Source of the DNA: a bacterium
Lineage (GTDB): Bacteria > Patescibacteriota > Saccharimonadia > CAILAD01 > BJGX01
Assembly (NCBI GenBank): GCA_029778565.1
Contig: JAKOQC010000249.1
Location: forward strand, 45,611 to 109,610
DNA: 64,000 bases
Direction of reading: 5' to 3'
Of the stretch, positions 27,897-37,320 are shown piece after piece. Position 1 is the stretch's first letter. Every line of letters begins with the position of its first letter. A program made the translations under genes and the position numbers. The notes beneath the pieces are model-generated. The model was not told the DNA's origin and searched no databases. It was given only the letters and a program-made list of their open reading frames with translations.

Positions 27897-29414
27897 TTAG
27901 CGCTGGGCAACTTGTGGTCGATACTGTAATGCTTCGGTGAAGTGAGTTATATTAATCTCTTTACTGTTGTCGAGGTCAGCAATAGTGCGTGCAACTTTTA
28001 AGACTCGCATGTATGATCGGGCAGACATATTAAAATGATTGTATGCTTGGCTGGCTAGCTCTTCTACTTCATTATTAAGCATACAGTATTGCTTAACTAA
28101 TTTATTGTCCATTTCGTGATTGCATGTAGCATATGATTCTGCAAACCTTTTAGCCTGAATCTCCCGAGCTGCTTTTACACGTTTAGCAACGGTTTTTGTG
28201 TCTTCTTCATTGTGAATTTCAAACAAGGCTTTGCGCTCGGTCTTAGTGACTTCAACAATAAGATCGATTCTATCAAGTAATGGGCCAGATACTTTTGTAC
28301 GATAGCGATTAATCTGGCTTGGTGAACAATTACATGTATTGCTCGGGTCGCCATCATACCCACATGGGCAGGGGTTTTGTGCTGCAACTAAAAGAAACTG
28401 AGCTGGAAACTGATATGTAGCACTGGCGCGCGAAACAGTAATTGTTCCATCTTCGAGTGGTTGGCGCATTACCTCGAGTACATGCCGTGGGAACTCAGGT
28501 AATTCATCTAAGAAAAGTACTCCTCTATGTGCGAGACTAATTTCGCCTGGTTTAGGATGGGTACCGCCACCAATTAGCGCAATATCGCTCGCTGTGTGGT
28601 GAGGACTACGTAAGGGGCGAGTAGTAACAACTTCTGAGTTATTGTGCCCAGCCAAGCTGTGAATGCGGGTAATTTCGAGCATCTCTGAATAACTTGGTGC
28701 AGGTAGTAAGCCAATAAGTGCTTTTGCGAGCATAGTTTTGCCGCTCCCAGGTGGGCCGGAGAGGAGAATATTATGATTGCCAGCGGCGGCAATTTCGATG
28801 GCTCGGCGAGCTTGGTGTTGGCCATAAATTTCTGTCATATCTACGCTTGCCGCCCTAGTATTGGCCTGAATAACGGTTTTGTTGAGTGGCAAGAGAGTTA
28901 TCTCGCCAAGTAGATGTTGATAGAGTTCGAACAAGTTTTTTACCGGTATGACTTCTATGCCTTCAATAATAGCCGCTTGTTTAGCAGAGTCGGCCGAGAT
29001 AAAGAGCCGGGTAAAGCCAAGTTCTACAGCCATTTGTGCCGTAGCTAATGCTCCAGAAACTGCTCGAGTGCTACCGTCAAGCCCAAGCTCGCCATAAAAT
29101 AAGCTATTCTGAGGAATTTTTTCTATTTGGTTACTCGCCAAAAGTAGACTTGTTGCCATAGCGAGGTCGTAACTTGAACCGGTTTTTGGGATGTCGGCTG
29201 GAGCAAGATTGAGGGTAATGCGGCGTGGTGGGAGATGTAGTCGTGAGTTTTTTAGCGCCGAGCGCACTCTTTCTTTAGCCTCATCGACAGCTTTATTGGC
29301 CAGACCAACAATAATGAAGGCCGGCAAACCGTTATACATATCGGCTTCTACCTCTACTAACTGAGCTTGTAAACCAATATGACTAATAGTATGTACTTTT
29401 GCTAACATTTTCAC
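27897..29414 (-). CDS. comM: YifB/ComM-family Mg-chelatase-like AAA+ ATPase
   Basis: N-terminal Lon-like domain, Walker A LLSGPPGSGKTMLA, Walker B VLFLDELPEF, C-terminal MCM-like helix bundle. Overall YifB architecture. Confidence 0.85.
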   Translation of the reverse strand: MKMLAKVHTISHIGLQAQLVEVEADMYNGLPAFIIVGLANKAVDEAKERVRSALKNSRLHLPPRRITLNLAPADIPKTGSSYDLAMATSLLLASNQIEKIPQNSLFYGELGLDGSTRAVSGALATAQMAVELGFTRLFISADSAKQAAIIEGIEVIPVKNLFELYQHLLGEITLLPLNKTVIQANTRAASVDMTEIYGQHQARRAIEIAAAGNHNILLSGPPGSGKTMLAKALIGLLPAPSYSEMLEITRIHSLAGHNNSEVVTTRPLRSPHHTASDIALIGGGTHPKPGEISLAHRGVLFLDELPEFPRHVLEVMRQPLEDGTITVSRASATYQFPAQFLLVAAQNPCPCGYDGDPSNTCNCSPSQINRYRTKVSGPLLDRIDLIVEVTKTERKALFEIHNEEDTKTVAKRVKAAREIQAKRFAESYATCNHEMDNKLVKQYCMLNNEVEELASQAYNHFNMSARSYMRVLKVARTIADLDNSKEINITHFTEALQYRPQVAQR

Positions 29415-29492
29415 CCCCTTAACGTTTGTACTTTTACATCATATTATACGAACGTTGTACGAAAGGCAAGCATAAAAATAGTACTATCTTGG

Positions 29493-30554
29493 TTAACCCC
29501 TATACCATTTTGCAGCAGATTCGGGTGGTACCGAATTAATCACCATACTGGTAGCTACTTCAAAACCTCCCCACGTATTGCTACGTCCACATACTTTCAC
29601 AACTAAACGCTGGTGTTGTGAAATGCCATTTTCGAAAAAGAAATTGAAGCTAATATTGTGACGTGTGAGTTTGGCGCAAAACCGCTTTAGATGACGTGCA
29701 ATATAGAGTTTGTCGGTCTTTTCGAGTTCGATAGTGGAGGTAATTTTGCGTTTTGGTACTATCCAGTATTCGAAGGGCCATTGGCTAGCATATGGGCAAA
29801 ATACAATAAACCGAGAGTCTTCACAGAGTACCCTAACCTTATGATTCTTTTCATAAGCAATAATATCGTCGTACGGATCCCGACCATTTGTTTTGGCGTA
29901 TTCCTCGATTATTCTCGATTCATCAACAAACTTTTGGGGGACAAACGGCAAAGCAAAGATCTGGCTGTGTGCATGGGCAAGGCTAGCTCCAGCATCAAAT
30001 CCGTCGTTATGAAAGACTAGCACGTACTCTATGCCATGCTCATGAGTAAGGTGCGTGGTACGTTGCTGAAATACATCGATTACTTTTGCTATCTGACCCT
30101 CACTTAGATAAGCCAAGGGTTTGTTAGCCAACGGGGTATCAATAATTATTTCTTGTTTACCATAAGCCTGAGGATTGTCTGGGCTAAGACTAGGAAATTT
30201 ATTCTCAACTGCTTTCACCAGCCAATCACCGTGCTTGTTCTTAAGGCTATAAAATTCGCGATTTCTATCGAGACGTGGACTCTGTGCGGTCTCGATAAGT
30301 TTCTTGTCTGGATTATGCATATCATAAGGGCGCGAACCACGTGATGGAGCTACGATGACATAATATTCGTTAAGATAGTCTCGACGAATCTGAGTATCAA
30401 TGCCGCGGGTATCTAGCTTTATACCCGCATGTTGGGGGGTGAAATGCGAGAAGCAAGCAGCTGCGTTTGGTGGGGTTTGACTCTTGGACTGATGCTTGGT
30501 TGTCTCGGTTCGGGCAGCATGATAATTGCTATGAGTTTGGTCGGAGGAATTCAT
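29493..30554 (-). CDS. galactose-1-phosphate uridylyltransferase-like (GalT/HIT-like nucleotidyltransferase) with low-complexity N-terminal extension
   Basis: Active-site HAHSQ (H-x-H-x-Q) and FCPYASQWPFEYWIVPKRK region match the GalT family. Confidence 0.5.
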   Translation of the reverse strand: MNSSDQTHSNYHAARTETTKHQSKSQTPPNAAACFSHFTPQHAGIKLDTRGIDTQIRRDYLNEYYVIVAPSRGSRPYDMHNPDKKLIETAQSPRLDRNREFYSLKNKHGDWLVKAVENKFPSLSPDNPQAYGKQEIIIDTPLANKPLAYLSEGQIAKVIDVFQQRTTHLTHEHGIEYVLVFHNDGFDAGASLAHAHSQIFALPFVPQKFVDESRIIEEYAKTNGRDPYDDIIAYEKNHKVRVLCEDSRFIVFCPYASQWPFEYWIVPKRKITSTIELEKTDKLYIARHLKRFCAKLTRHNISFNFFFENGISQHQRLVVKVCGRSNTWGGFEVATSMVINSVPPESAAKWYRG

Positions 30555-30608
30555 TATTCTTATGCTACCAGCATTGCGCTCTTTCTGTAAAGACGTAATA
30601 ATAAAGGA

Positions 30609-31721
30609 ATGAAGAAAAAAATATTGGTTTTATCAGCTAAAACAGGGGGTGGGCATCGGGCCGCCGCTCTGGCGGTGCTTGAGGCATTTAATCATATTGA
30701 GCACGATCTAGAAATTACTCATTACGATTTTATTGAGAATGCTCCACGTCCCTTCGACGACCTACCAAAGTATTACTCGACAATTACCAAACTTCCACCA
30801 GCATATGGTTCGATATTTAAGGCTACAGAAGGAAAACGCCAGGCAAAGTTCTCAACTGATACTATTGCTCGACTTTATAAAACTCATTTAGAGAAGGTAA
30901 TAAATCAATTTAATCCCGATATTATTTTATCTTTCCATTTTGGGGCTAACTGCCTTATGCCCGTTATTGAAAGCATGGGTAAGACTATACCTTACATTAC
31001 TGTAGTAACAGATCTAGCTACGGGTCACCCAATGTGGTTTGATGAACGTGCCAGCGCTTGTATTGTACCGAGCCATGAAGCCTACGTACGTGCTCGAACC
31101 TATGGAATGCCAGCCAGTAAGTTACACATTATTGGTCTTCCTATTAATCGTCAGTTTGGCTTAGAGAAGCGTTCTAAAGAAGAAATTCGCCAAAGTCTTG
31201 GGTGGCCAACGGATAGACCAGCCATCTTGGTGATGACCGGTGGCGATGGGCTCGGTAAGATTAATATGCTCTCTCGACGGATAGACAATACCAAATCGAT
31301 TGAAGCCTCAGTAGCGATTATTGCTGGGCGCAATGCTACTCTCGAGAAAAATTTAAGTAAAAGAAATTGGAAGAAACCAACAATTATCTATGGATTTCGC
31401 GATGATATTGCCGATATGATGCACGCTGCTGACGTATTACTAACCAAAGCAGGCCCTGGAACCATCGTAGAGGCCATTGTAAGCCGTTTACCAATCGTTA
31501 TCTATGACTTCTTGCCTGGGCAAGAAGAAGGCAATCTAGAGTACGTAGTGAGTAATCACGCAGGGGTTTGGGCGTCGACAGCCACGCTTGCCACGCGAGC
31601 TACACATGATATCTTAAATGGCAATATTACGATTGGTGGGGCGGCGTATGAGAAAACCAGGTTACGTCACGAGCATGCTGCCGAGAAGATTGCTGAATTT
31701 GTTAAGCACTATCCTCTATGA
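30609..31721 (+). CDS. GT28-family diacylglycerol glycosyltransferase (MGDG synthase/UgtP-like)
   Basis: MKKKILVLSAKTGGGHRAAALAV N-terminal motif typical of MGDG synthase/UgtP/MurG-like GT28 enzymes. GT-B C-terminal domain. Confidence 0.55.
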   Translation: MKKKILVLSAKTGGGHRAAALAVLEAFNHIEHDLEITHYDFIENAPRPFDDLPKYYSTITKLPPAYGSIFKATEGKRQAKFSTDTIARLYKTHLEKVINQFNPDIILSFHFGANCLMPVIESMGKTIPYITVVTDLATGHPMWFDERASACIVPSHEAYVRARTYGMPASKLHIIGLPINRQFGLEKRSKEEIRQSLGWPTDRPAILVMTGGDGLGKINMLSRRIDNTKSIEASVAIIAGRNATLEKNLSKRNWKKPTIIYGFRDDIADMMHAADVLLTKAGPGTIVEAIVSRLPIVIYDFLPGQEEGNLEYVVSNHAGVWASTATLATRATHDILNGNITIGGAAYEKTRLRHEHAAEKIAEFVKHYPL

Positions 31722-32908
31722 AAAGATTGTTGATTGTATCTGATCTGTTTGCACCCTCTATAGGTGGTACCGAGACGGTAACCGATGCCATGGCAACTAA
31801 TTTGCCCAAAGTAGGCTATCAGACTACCGTAGTAGCTCCAGCTGTTGCCCATAAAACAACACCCTATACGGAAAAATCTCAACATGGGTATTCAATTGAG
31901 CGTCTGCGCTCGTTCTCACCACACCTACAAAAGAACTTACGCTTTGGTTTTAGACCGTACAAACAACTTGTTCAATATCTTGATCAGGTTGGTCAACCAG
32001 ACATAATTCATGCCAACAATCTCTTTCCATTAAGCCGCGCGGCGATAAAATATGCGCGTCGTCATAACATTCCATTGGTAATTGGCAGTCATTTAATGCC
32101 AGAAAGTATTACATTTGGTTTAAGTTGGTTTAAGACCCTTCAGCGCGGTTTAAATCGCTTTGGCTGGCGTTATATAGCCAGAGTATATAACAAGGCCGAC
32201 ATTGTTATGAGCCCTACCAATACTGGTATTCGTTATCTTAAGCGTAATGGCTTGCGAGTACCAACCCGAGCAATCAGTAATGGTATAGATTTGCTCACCA
32301 ACAAACCTATTCACACAGATAAGACAATCTTGCGCAAAAAACTTGGTATATCTGGTGATTTGGTGTTGATGTATGCAGGACGACTAGGAGTAGAGAAGAG
32401 AATTGATGTAATAATTACGGCCTTTGCTAAAGAATATGCCACCTTTAATGCCAAATTAATACTGTTGGGTGATGGCAATGCGCGTAAACAATTACGTCGC
32501 CAAGTAAAAAATCTTGGTATCGAGAAAAATGTTATCTTTACTGGTTATGTTACCGACCACGAACGCAAGCGAGAATATTTAGCCGCAAGTGATGGGTTTG
32601 TAATAGCGAGCCCCGTAGAGCTGCAAAGTTTGGTAACTATGGAGGCCATGGCAGTAGGCTTACCAGTGTTGGCCGCAAGAGCAGGAGCGCTACCAGAACT
32701 TTGTCAAAATGAAGTAAATGGCTTTACCTTTGCAGATGGTAATACCAATCAGCTGGCCGATAGAATGTTTAAGCTCTTAAGTAGTGAAAAACTTCGTCAG
32801 AAGTTTTCGAAAGCGAGCCTAGAAATTATATCGCAACATGATATTACTGATACCTGGAAAAAGTATGACGAGATGTATGCAGAGGTATTAGAGAAGTATA
32901 AAAAATAG
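31718..32908 (+). CDS. GT4-family glycosyltransferase
   Basis: GT-B fold. MEAMAVGLPVLAARAGALPEL E-x7-E region of GT4. Confidence 0.65.
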   Translation: MKRLLIVSDLFAPSIGGTETVTDAMATNLPKVGYQTTVVAPAVAHKTTPYTEKSQHGYSIERLRSFSPHLQKNLRFGFRPYKQLVQYLDQVGQPDIIHANNLFPLSRAAIKYARRHNIPLVIGSHLMPESITFGLSWFKTLQRGLNRFGWRYIARVYNKADIVMSPTNTGIRYLKRNGLRVPTRAISNGIDLLTNKPIHTDKTILRKKLGISGDLVLMYAGRLGVEKRIDVIITAFAKEYATFNAKLILLGDGNARKQLRRQVKNLGIEKNVIFTGYVTDHERKREYLAASDGFVIASPVELQSLVTMEAMAVGLPVLAARAGALPELCQNEVNGFTFADGNTNQLADRMFKLLSSEKLRQKFSKASLEIISQHDITDTWKKYDEMYAEVLEKYKK

Positions 32909-32933
32909 CCTCAAGATATATATTTGAGGCTAA
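32909..32933. terminator. bidirectional terminator GCCTCAA-GATATATAT-TTGAGGC
   Basis: Perfect 7-bp inverted repeat between convergent genes. Confidence 0.5.
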
Positions 32934-32950
32934 GTGCAGTTCTTATGTGC

Positions 32951-33241
32951 TCAGCGCCCGCAGGTGCAATTCTCGCAACGAAACTCACAGGTAATGACAG
33001 TAGTGACTGCCAGTGTGACAGGCACCTCTCTAGTAGGCGTAACAAATTGAATTGACTTGAGCTTTTCTCTAAATTCTTTCTTGGCAATTGCTTCGGCAAC
33101 GGTATCTTCATCGAGAAGCTCATCGATTTCATCTAAGAGAGCATCAGTATCACTCAGATCACGTTTTGTGACTTCGGGTATGTCTTCGACTTCTTCTACT
33201 TTGTCTTGCTTCTGACTGCTCTTGGTATTTTGTTGCTGCAA
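32951..33241 (-). CDS. small acidic protein with Pup-like DALLDEIDELLDE helix and C-terminal Cys/Thr-rich tail (CEFRCENCTCGR)
   Basis: Clean ORF flanked by a terminator. No family assigned. Confidence 0.3.
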   Translation of the reverse strand: MQQQNTKSSQKQDKVEEVEDIPEVTKRDLSDTDALLDEIDELLDEDTVAEAIAKKEFREKLKSIQFVTPTREVPVTLAVTTVITCEFRCENCTCGR

Positions 33242-33351
33242 GGTACACTCCTTGTCTATCGGAGAAATATATTTATACCAAAAAATTATTTACAGCACAA
33301 GCATAAGCATTCTTGACATTTTACCCTATAACAGGTAAAATCTCTTCTTAT

Positions 33352-33751
33352 GGGGCTGTATTAGCTTTGACATATGGAACTTTGAAAAATATTCGCAAGC
33401 CGGGCCGGAATGCACGTTAGCCGTTCCAAAACACTTTAAGTGCCAATACACTTATTAGCAAGGTAAAGGCTGCTTTTGCAGCTCCTAGCCTTGCGCCAGC
33501 ATTTGCCTAATACGCTATGCCGCTTACTACCCAGACACCAGATAGGGTAACAAGCGTCGATTATCTGGATGCGGTCTTACCACCTCTCTGGGCGAGATCT
33601 AAGTAAAAATAAAGAGAGCAAGCAACTTGAGCGCTCTTGTCGGTTTTTTACACTCTTGGGGCTTGTAAAATCCCTTTAGAATCGACTATGCTTGAAGACG
33701 ATATTTTTTCAAACCGTATGGACGCGGGGGCAGAACCCGCCAGCTCCACCA
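33352..33751 (+). ncRNA. ssrA: tmRNA (SsrA)
   Basis: 5' GGGGCUG pairs with 3' CAGCUCC-A-CCA including the G3.U70 alanine identity pair. 3' end GGACGCGGG...CCCGCCAGCUCCACCA is near-identical to canonical tmRNA. TTGACA-17 nt-TAAAAT promoter at 33313-33341. No ORF. Candidate tag reading frame ...AAFAAPSLAPAFA-UAA at about 33453-33497. T loop (GGCAGAA) is atypical. Confidence 0.75.
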
Positions 33752-33756
33752 AAAAT

Positions 33757-33780
33757 GCCTAACCTTTGTTGGGCTTTTTT
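33757..33780. terminator. terminator after ssrA (GCCUAAC-CUUU-GUUGGGC + U6)
   Basis: 7-bp stem with one G.U, then a T-run. Also sits at the 3' end of the convergent small membrane-protein gene. Confidence 0.5.
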
Positions 33781-33992
33781 GATACTATTCGTTTCTTTTT
33801 GAACGTTATTACTCCTACGGCAAGCATAACTATACCAACCGGAAAGGTAACTATGCCAAGCATAGAAATGACCAGTAGGGCTGGGTTGTTGGTGGCAAAA
33901 TAACCAGTCAGACATAGGGGCAGTACAAGTACCAAAACTGTACCCAGTATTACCATGGTAGTGCTACTCATCTTTGATATTAGTTTACTCAT
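33759..33992 (-). CDS. small two-TM membrane protein immediately downstream of the giant surface-protein gene
   Basis: MSKLISKMSSTTMVILGTVLVLVLPLCLTGYFATNNPALLVISMLGIVTFPVGIVMLAVGVITFKKKR. ATG 1 nt after the stop of the 1108-aa gene, suggesting an operon. Confidence 0.3.
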   Translation of the reverse strand: MSKLISKMSSTTMVILGTVLVLVLPLCLTGYFATNNPALLVISMLGIVTFPVGIVMLAVGVITFKKKRIVSKKPNKG

Positions 33993-33993
33993 G

Positions 33994-36900
33994 TTATGTG
34001 TGGTGGTTTTTCTTATCTGTAACGTAGAGGATATAAGCCAAAAGAGAGGCAAGAAGCAATATGCCAATAATGGATGACCACCAGATGAAGATATAAGTTC
34101 GATTAGGATTGTTATTGCGTGTCCTGCCAGTGTTATCTGGGTTGTTATTATTGCTATCGACTATTGTAACAGTGCCTTCAATAGTGCCAGCTGGATGCAA
34201 TACATATCCATTCGTGTTATCTGTTACTGTTTTGGTAGTCGGGCTTACTGGGCTTGGTGTAGGAGGAATTGGCGTATCTTGGAATGTCCAGTATGTGTTG
34301 CCACCACTGTTTATACTGTCGTAAGCAATCATTACAGACGCATTAATATTATTGCTATCACTTACATCTAGATACTGCAAAGTACGGCTGCCTTGCGCAT
34401 CTATTTGCCAAGGAGTACCCGGAGAAGAAGATACGAGTGTGAGTAGTTCTGTAGCGGAGCCGCCTTTTAGGATGAGATCTCCCAGTATGGTCTCGGTACC
34501 ACCAGCAGGGAAGGTGAGAGTATCGGCCGAGGCTACAATTTTGGTTAGGTTATTAAAGGTAGTGCCCATAATAATCTGGTTGCTGCCATCGAGGATTACT
34601 GTTCCGCCATTAGCATTAAAGGTAGAGCCAGTATTGATAGTAAAGTTACCGCCTACAGTCATGTTGGCACTCGTTGCAGTAAAAGTACCATTATTAATAA
34701 CACTAAAGTTACTATTTATATCTAGCGTGTTATATGTGCCAAGGTTAAGATCGGTGCCATCGATAACAAGATTATTAGCGTTTAGGCCTGTAAAACCATT
34801 GAGAGAATTAGAAGAATCAATCTGTAGTATCCCCGATAAATCGTTAAGCGTTCCTGTACCAGAGAAGGTACCAAAAACATAGAGAGAATCTGTATTGCCC
34901 ATGACTATTACTGGATTGTTACCTAGTGGAAAAATACAGTCTGAGCCGACCGAAAAGTAACCCGCCGATTTATTGAACGTTACTAAATTAATGACCGCAT
35001 TGCCACAGAATGCATTCTGATCTTTAGCACCATAAAAAGTAATAGTACCACCGTTAGCATCAAAGGTAGCACCATTATAATTGACAGTAAAATCGCCACC
35101 TATCGACATTACCCCGGCTGGTGCAGTAAAGCTAGAAAAGCTACCCTGAGAAAAATTTGTAAAAATATCAACCGAAGAGAAGTTACTAAAGTCCACGCTA
35201 ACATTAGCTGCAATAAATACACTCCCGCCAACCAATAAGCTATCAAAGCCGGTTAAAGCGTTGGCAGAGCCAATAGTAAGCAGAGAAGCAGAACTAAGAA
35301 AACTTAGTGTACCAGTACCATTGAAGTTACCATTGAGAATAATATCACCAGAATTTGTAAATGTAGGATTATTACCCAACTCAAAACTACAATCAGAATT
35401 GAAAGTTTTTGTGCCAGTATTGGTAAACCTAACCTGATTAAATGTTGCCCCGCCACAGATTATTGTAGCTGTACCATCACTAAACTCAGTGGTGCCCCCA
35501 TTGGCATTAAAAGTAGCGGCCGGGTTGATTGTTAATGCTTTCTGAAAATACATTGTGCCCGTAGGTGCAATGAAAGTGCCAGAATTTATTGTAACCGTAG
35601 AAGGAAAGTTAACACCAGTCACCGGCACAGTAACACTACCTCCTGTCTGGGTGTATGTTCCAGTTAGACTAAACGTTAAGAAACTACTAAAGTCGAGTGT
35701 CGCGTTAACCTCTGCAAATGAACCCGCTGACAGGCCCGAAAACCCAGACAACGATCCGGCACTATTGATTGTCAGGAGGTTTCCGGTAGCTGCCGAGGCT
35801 ATGGTGAGTGTGCCGCTACCAGAGAGTGTACCGTTTAGGATGAAATCTGTGGTCGTACCACTGCCAATAGTTGGGTTATTGCCAAGTGGCAAGCTACAAT
35901 CGCTACCAATAGTTTTTACACCAGCTGTATTAGTAAATGTCACCAAATTAAACACAGCACTATTACATGCAATAGATGCCGTAGTTGTACCGTTAAAATT
36001 TACTGTTCCACCATTTGCTGTAAAGCTACCTGCCGTAATACTGAATGCACCACCTATAGACATCGTTCCACCTGGGGCCGTAAACGATCCCGAACTCATG
36101 CTAAATGCTGTACTAATGGTAAAGGGAGTGTAGCTCCCAGCATTAAAACTACCTCCGGCAATTGTAAGATTCGCTACAGAGAGCCCCGTAAACCCGGATA
36201 GACTAGAGCCGCTATTGAGGGTAAGGGTGCCGGCAGACTGTGTTAGGGTGCCCGTCCCAGACAGCGTGCCGTTTAGCACAACCCCTTGTGCAATAGTCGG
36301 ATTGTTACCAAGCGGTAATGTACAAGTACTATTGACTGTCTTAGCTGCAGTGTTATTGAAAGTTACCAGATTAAACGTTACACTTCCACAACTAAGAGTT
36401 GACGTTGAGCCGGTAATGTTAACTGTGCCACCATTCGCATTGAAGGTAAGCCCAGCTGTGAAGTTCAGACCTGAAGCACTAAGGGTTCCGGACGGAGCTG
36501 TGAATACAGATGTTGCACCTAACGAAAAGCTTCCAGTCACAGCAAAAGTGGTATAGCTGCCAGCATTTAAAGTACCGTTGATTGTTACATTACTTCCTGA
36601 GTTTATACCCGAGAATCCGGAAAGAGTACCCGTTGTGCCCAATATGAATGTTCCTGTTGTAATAGAGAGTGTGCCGCTGCCAGAAAGTGTACCATTTACA
36701 GTAATGGCATTGGTAATAGCGGGGCTGCTCCCTACCGGAATAGTGCACCCAGAACTAATTGTTTTTAGGCCCGTATTGGTAAAGGTTGCCGTATTGAGTG
36801 AAATACCATTACAAGCTATTGTTGCGGCACCACCTGAGAAGTTGACCGTACCGCTGTTGTGGTTAAAGGTCGGAGTGCCCGTTACTGTAACAGCGCCACT

Positions 36901-37320
36901 AATAGATGTTGTGCCAGAACTCGCAGTGAATGTCCCACCAGAGAGCGTAAAGGCCGCCATCGTGAATGACTGATTGGATGCAGTAAAACTCCCAGTAGCC
37001 TGCGAAAATGTGGTTGTAGTTGCGAAGGTGCGAGCTAAGGTGATTGTGCCAGTATACCCAGCAGCAATGGTTAATGTGGCCACACTTGCTGGCGCACCGG
37101 CATCTATCGTCGAATTCTTGGTCGACGTTGCATTAAAGGTAACCGTATCGCCAGCTATCGGACAGGTATCGGTAGTCCAGTTTGCACAGGTACTCCAGTT
37201 ATTATCAGCCCCACCACCATCCCAGGTGAGAGAAGCGGCGTGAGCGTGCAGGGGGTTAGCAAACAGAGATAAGAGGCTCGTAAACACTAAAAGAACCACT
37301 ACAGAGTAAGTAAGTAGCAA
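33994..37320 (-). CDS. giant (1108 aa) secreted, C-terminally membrane-anchored repeat protein, Thr/Gly/Asn/Ser-rich beta-helix-like; putative surface adhesin
   Basis: Signal peptide MLLTYSVVVLLVFTSLLSLFANPLHAHA. About 8 degenerate ~110-aa repeats (FNANGGTVN...C...FNLVTFNNT...S.C.LPLGNNPTI...LNGTLSGSGTL). Pro/Thr linker PPTPSPVSPTTKT, then C-terminal TM IFIWWSSIIGILLLASLLAYILYV plus KKNHHT. Confidence 0.6.
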   Translation of the reverse strand: MLLTYSVVVLLVFTSLLSLFANPLHAHAASLTWDGGGADNNWSTCANWTTDTCPIAGDTVTFNATSTKNSTIDAGAPASVATLTIAAGYTGTITLARTFATTTTFSQATGSFTASNQSFTMAAFTLSGGTFTASSGTTSISGAVTVTGTPTFNHNSGTVNFSGGAATIACNGISLNTATFTNTGLKTISSGCTIPVGSSPAITNAITVNGTLSGSGTLSITTGTFILGTTGTLSGFSGINSGSNVTINGTLNAGSYTTFAVTGSFSLGATSVFTAPSGTLSASGLNFTAGLTFNANGGTVNITGSTSTLSCGSVTFNLVTFNNTAAKTVNSTCTLPLGNNPTIAQGVVLNGTLSGTGTLTQSAGTLTLNSGSSLSGFTGLSVANLTIAGGSFNAGSYTPFTISTAFSMSSGSFTAPGGTMSIGGAFSITAGSFTANGGTVNFNGTTTASIACNSAVFNLVTFTNTAGVKTIGSDCSLPLGNNPTIGSGTTTDFILNGTLSGSGTLTIASAATGNLLTINSAGSLSGFSGLSAGSFAEVNATLDFSSFLTFSLTGTYTQTGGSVTVPVTGVNFPSTVTINSGTFIAPTGTMYFQKALTINPAATFNANGGTTEFSDGTATIICGGATFNQVRFTNTGTKTFNSDCSFELGNNPTFTNSGDIILNGNFNGTGTLSFLSSASLLTIGSANALTGFDSLLVGGSVFIAANVSVDFSNFSSVDIFTNFSQGSFSSFTAPAGVMSIGGDFTVNYNGATFDANGGTITFYGAKDQNAFCGNAVINLVTFNKSAGYFSVGSDCIFPLGNNPVIVMGNTDSLYVFGTFSGTGTLNDLSGILQIDSSNSLNGFTGLNANNLVIDGTDLNLGTYNTLDINSNFSVINNGTFTATSANMTVGGNFTINTGSTFNANGGTVILDGSNQIIMGTTFNNLTKIVASADTLTFPAGGTETILGDLILKGGSATELLTLVSSSPGTPWQIDAQGSRTLQYLDVSDSNNINASVMIAYDSINSGGNTYWTFQDTPIPPTPSPVSPTTKTVTDNTNGYVLHPAGTIEGTVTIVDSNNNNPDNTGRTRNNNPNRTYIFIWWSSIIGILLLASLLAYILYVTDKKNHHT

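Noticed and set aside
33709-33915. 68-aa minus-strand ORF overlapping the 3' end of ssrA
   Set aside because: Antisense to the tmRNA acceptor/T-arm. The tmRNA call explains the conservation.
34109-37243. Six plus-strand ORFs (71-192 aa) antisense to the 1108-aa gene
   Set aside because: Low-complexity Pro/Val/Leu-rich translations generated by the antisense of a Thr/Gly/Asn-rich repeat gene. No starts with RBS. The minus-strand giant ORF explains the region.
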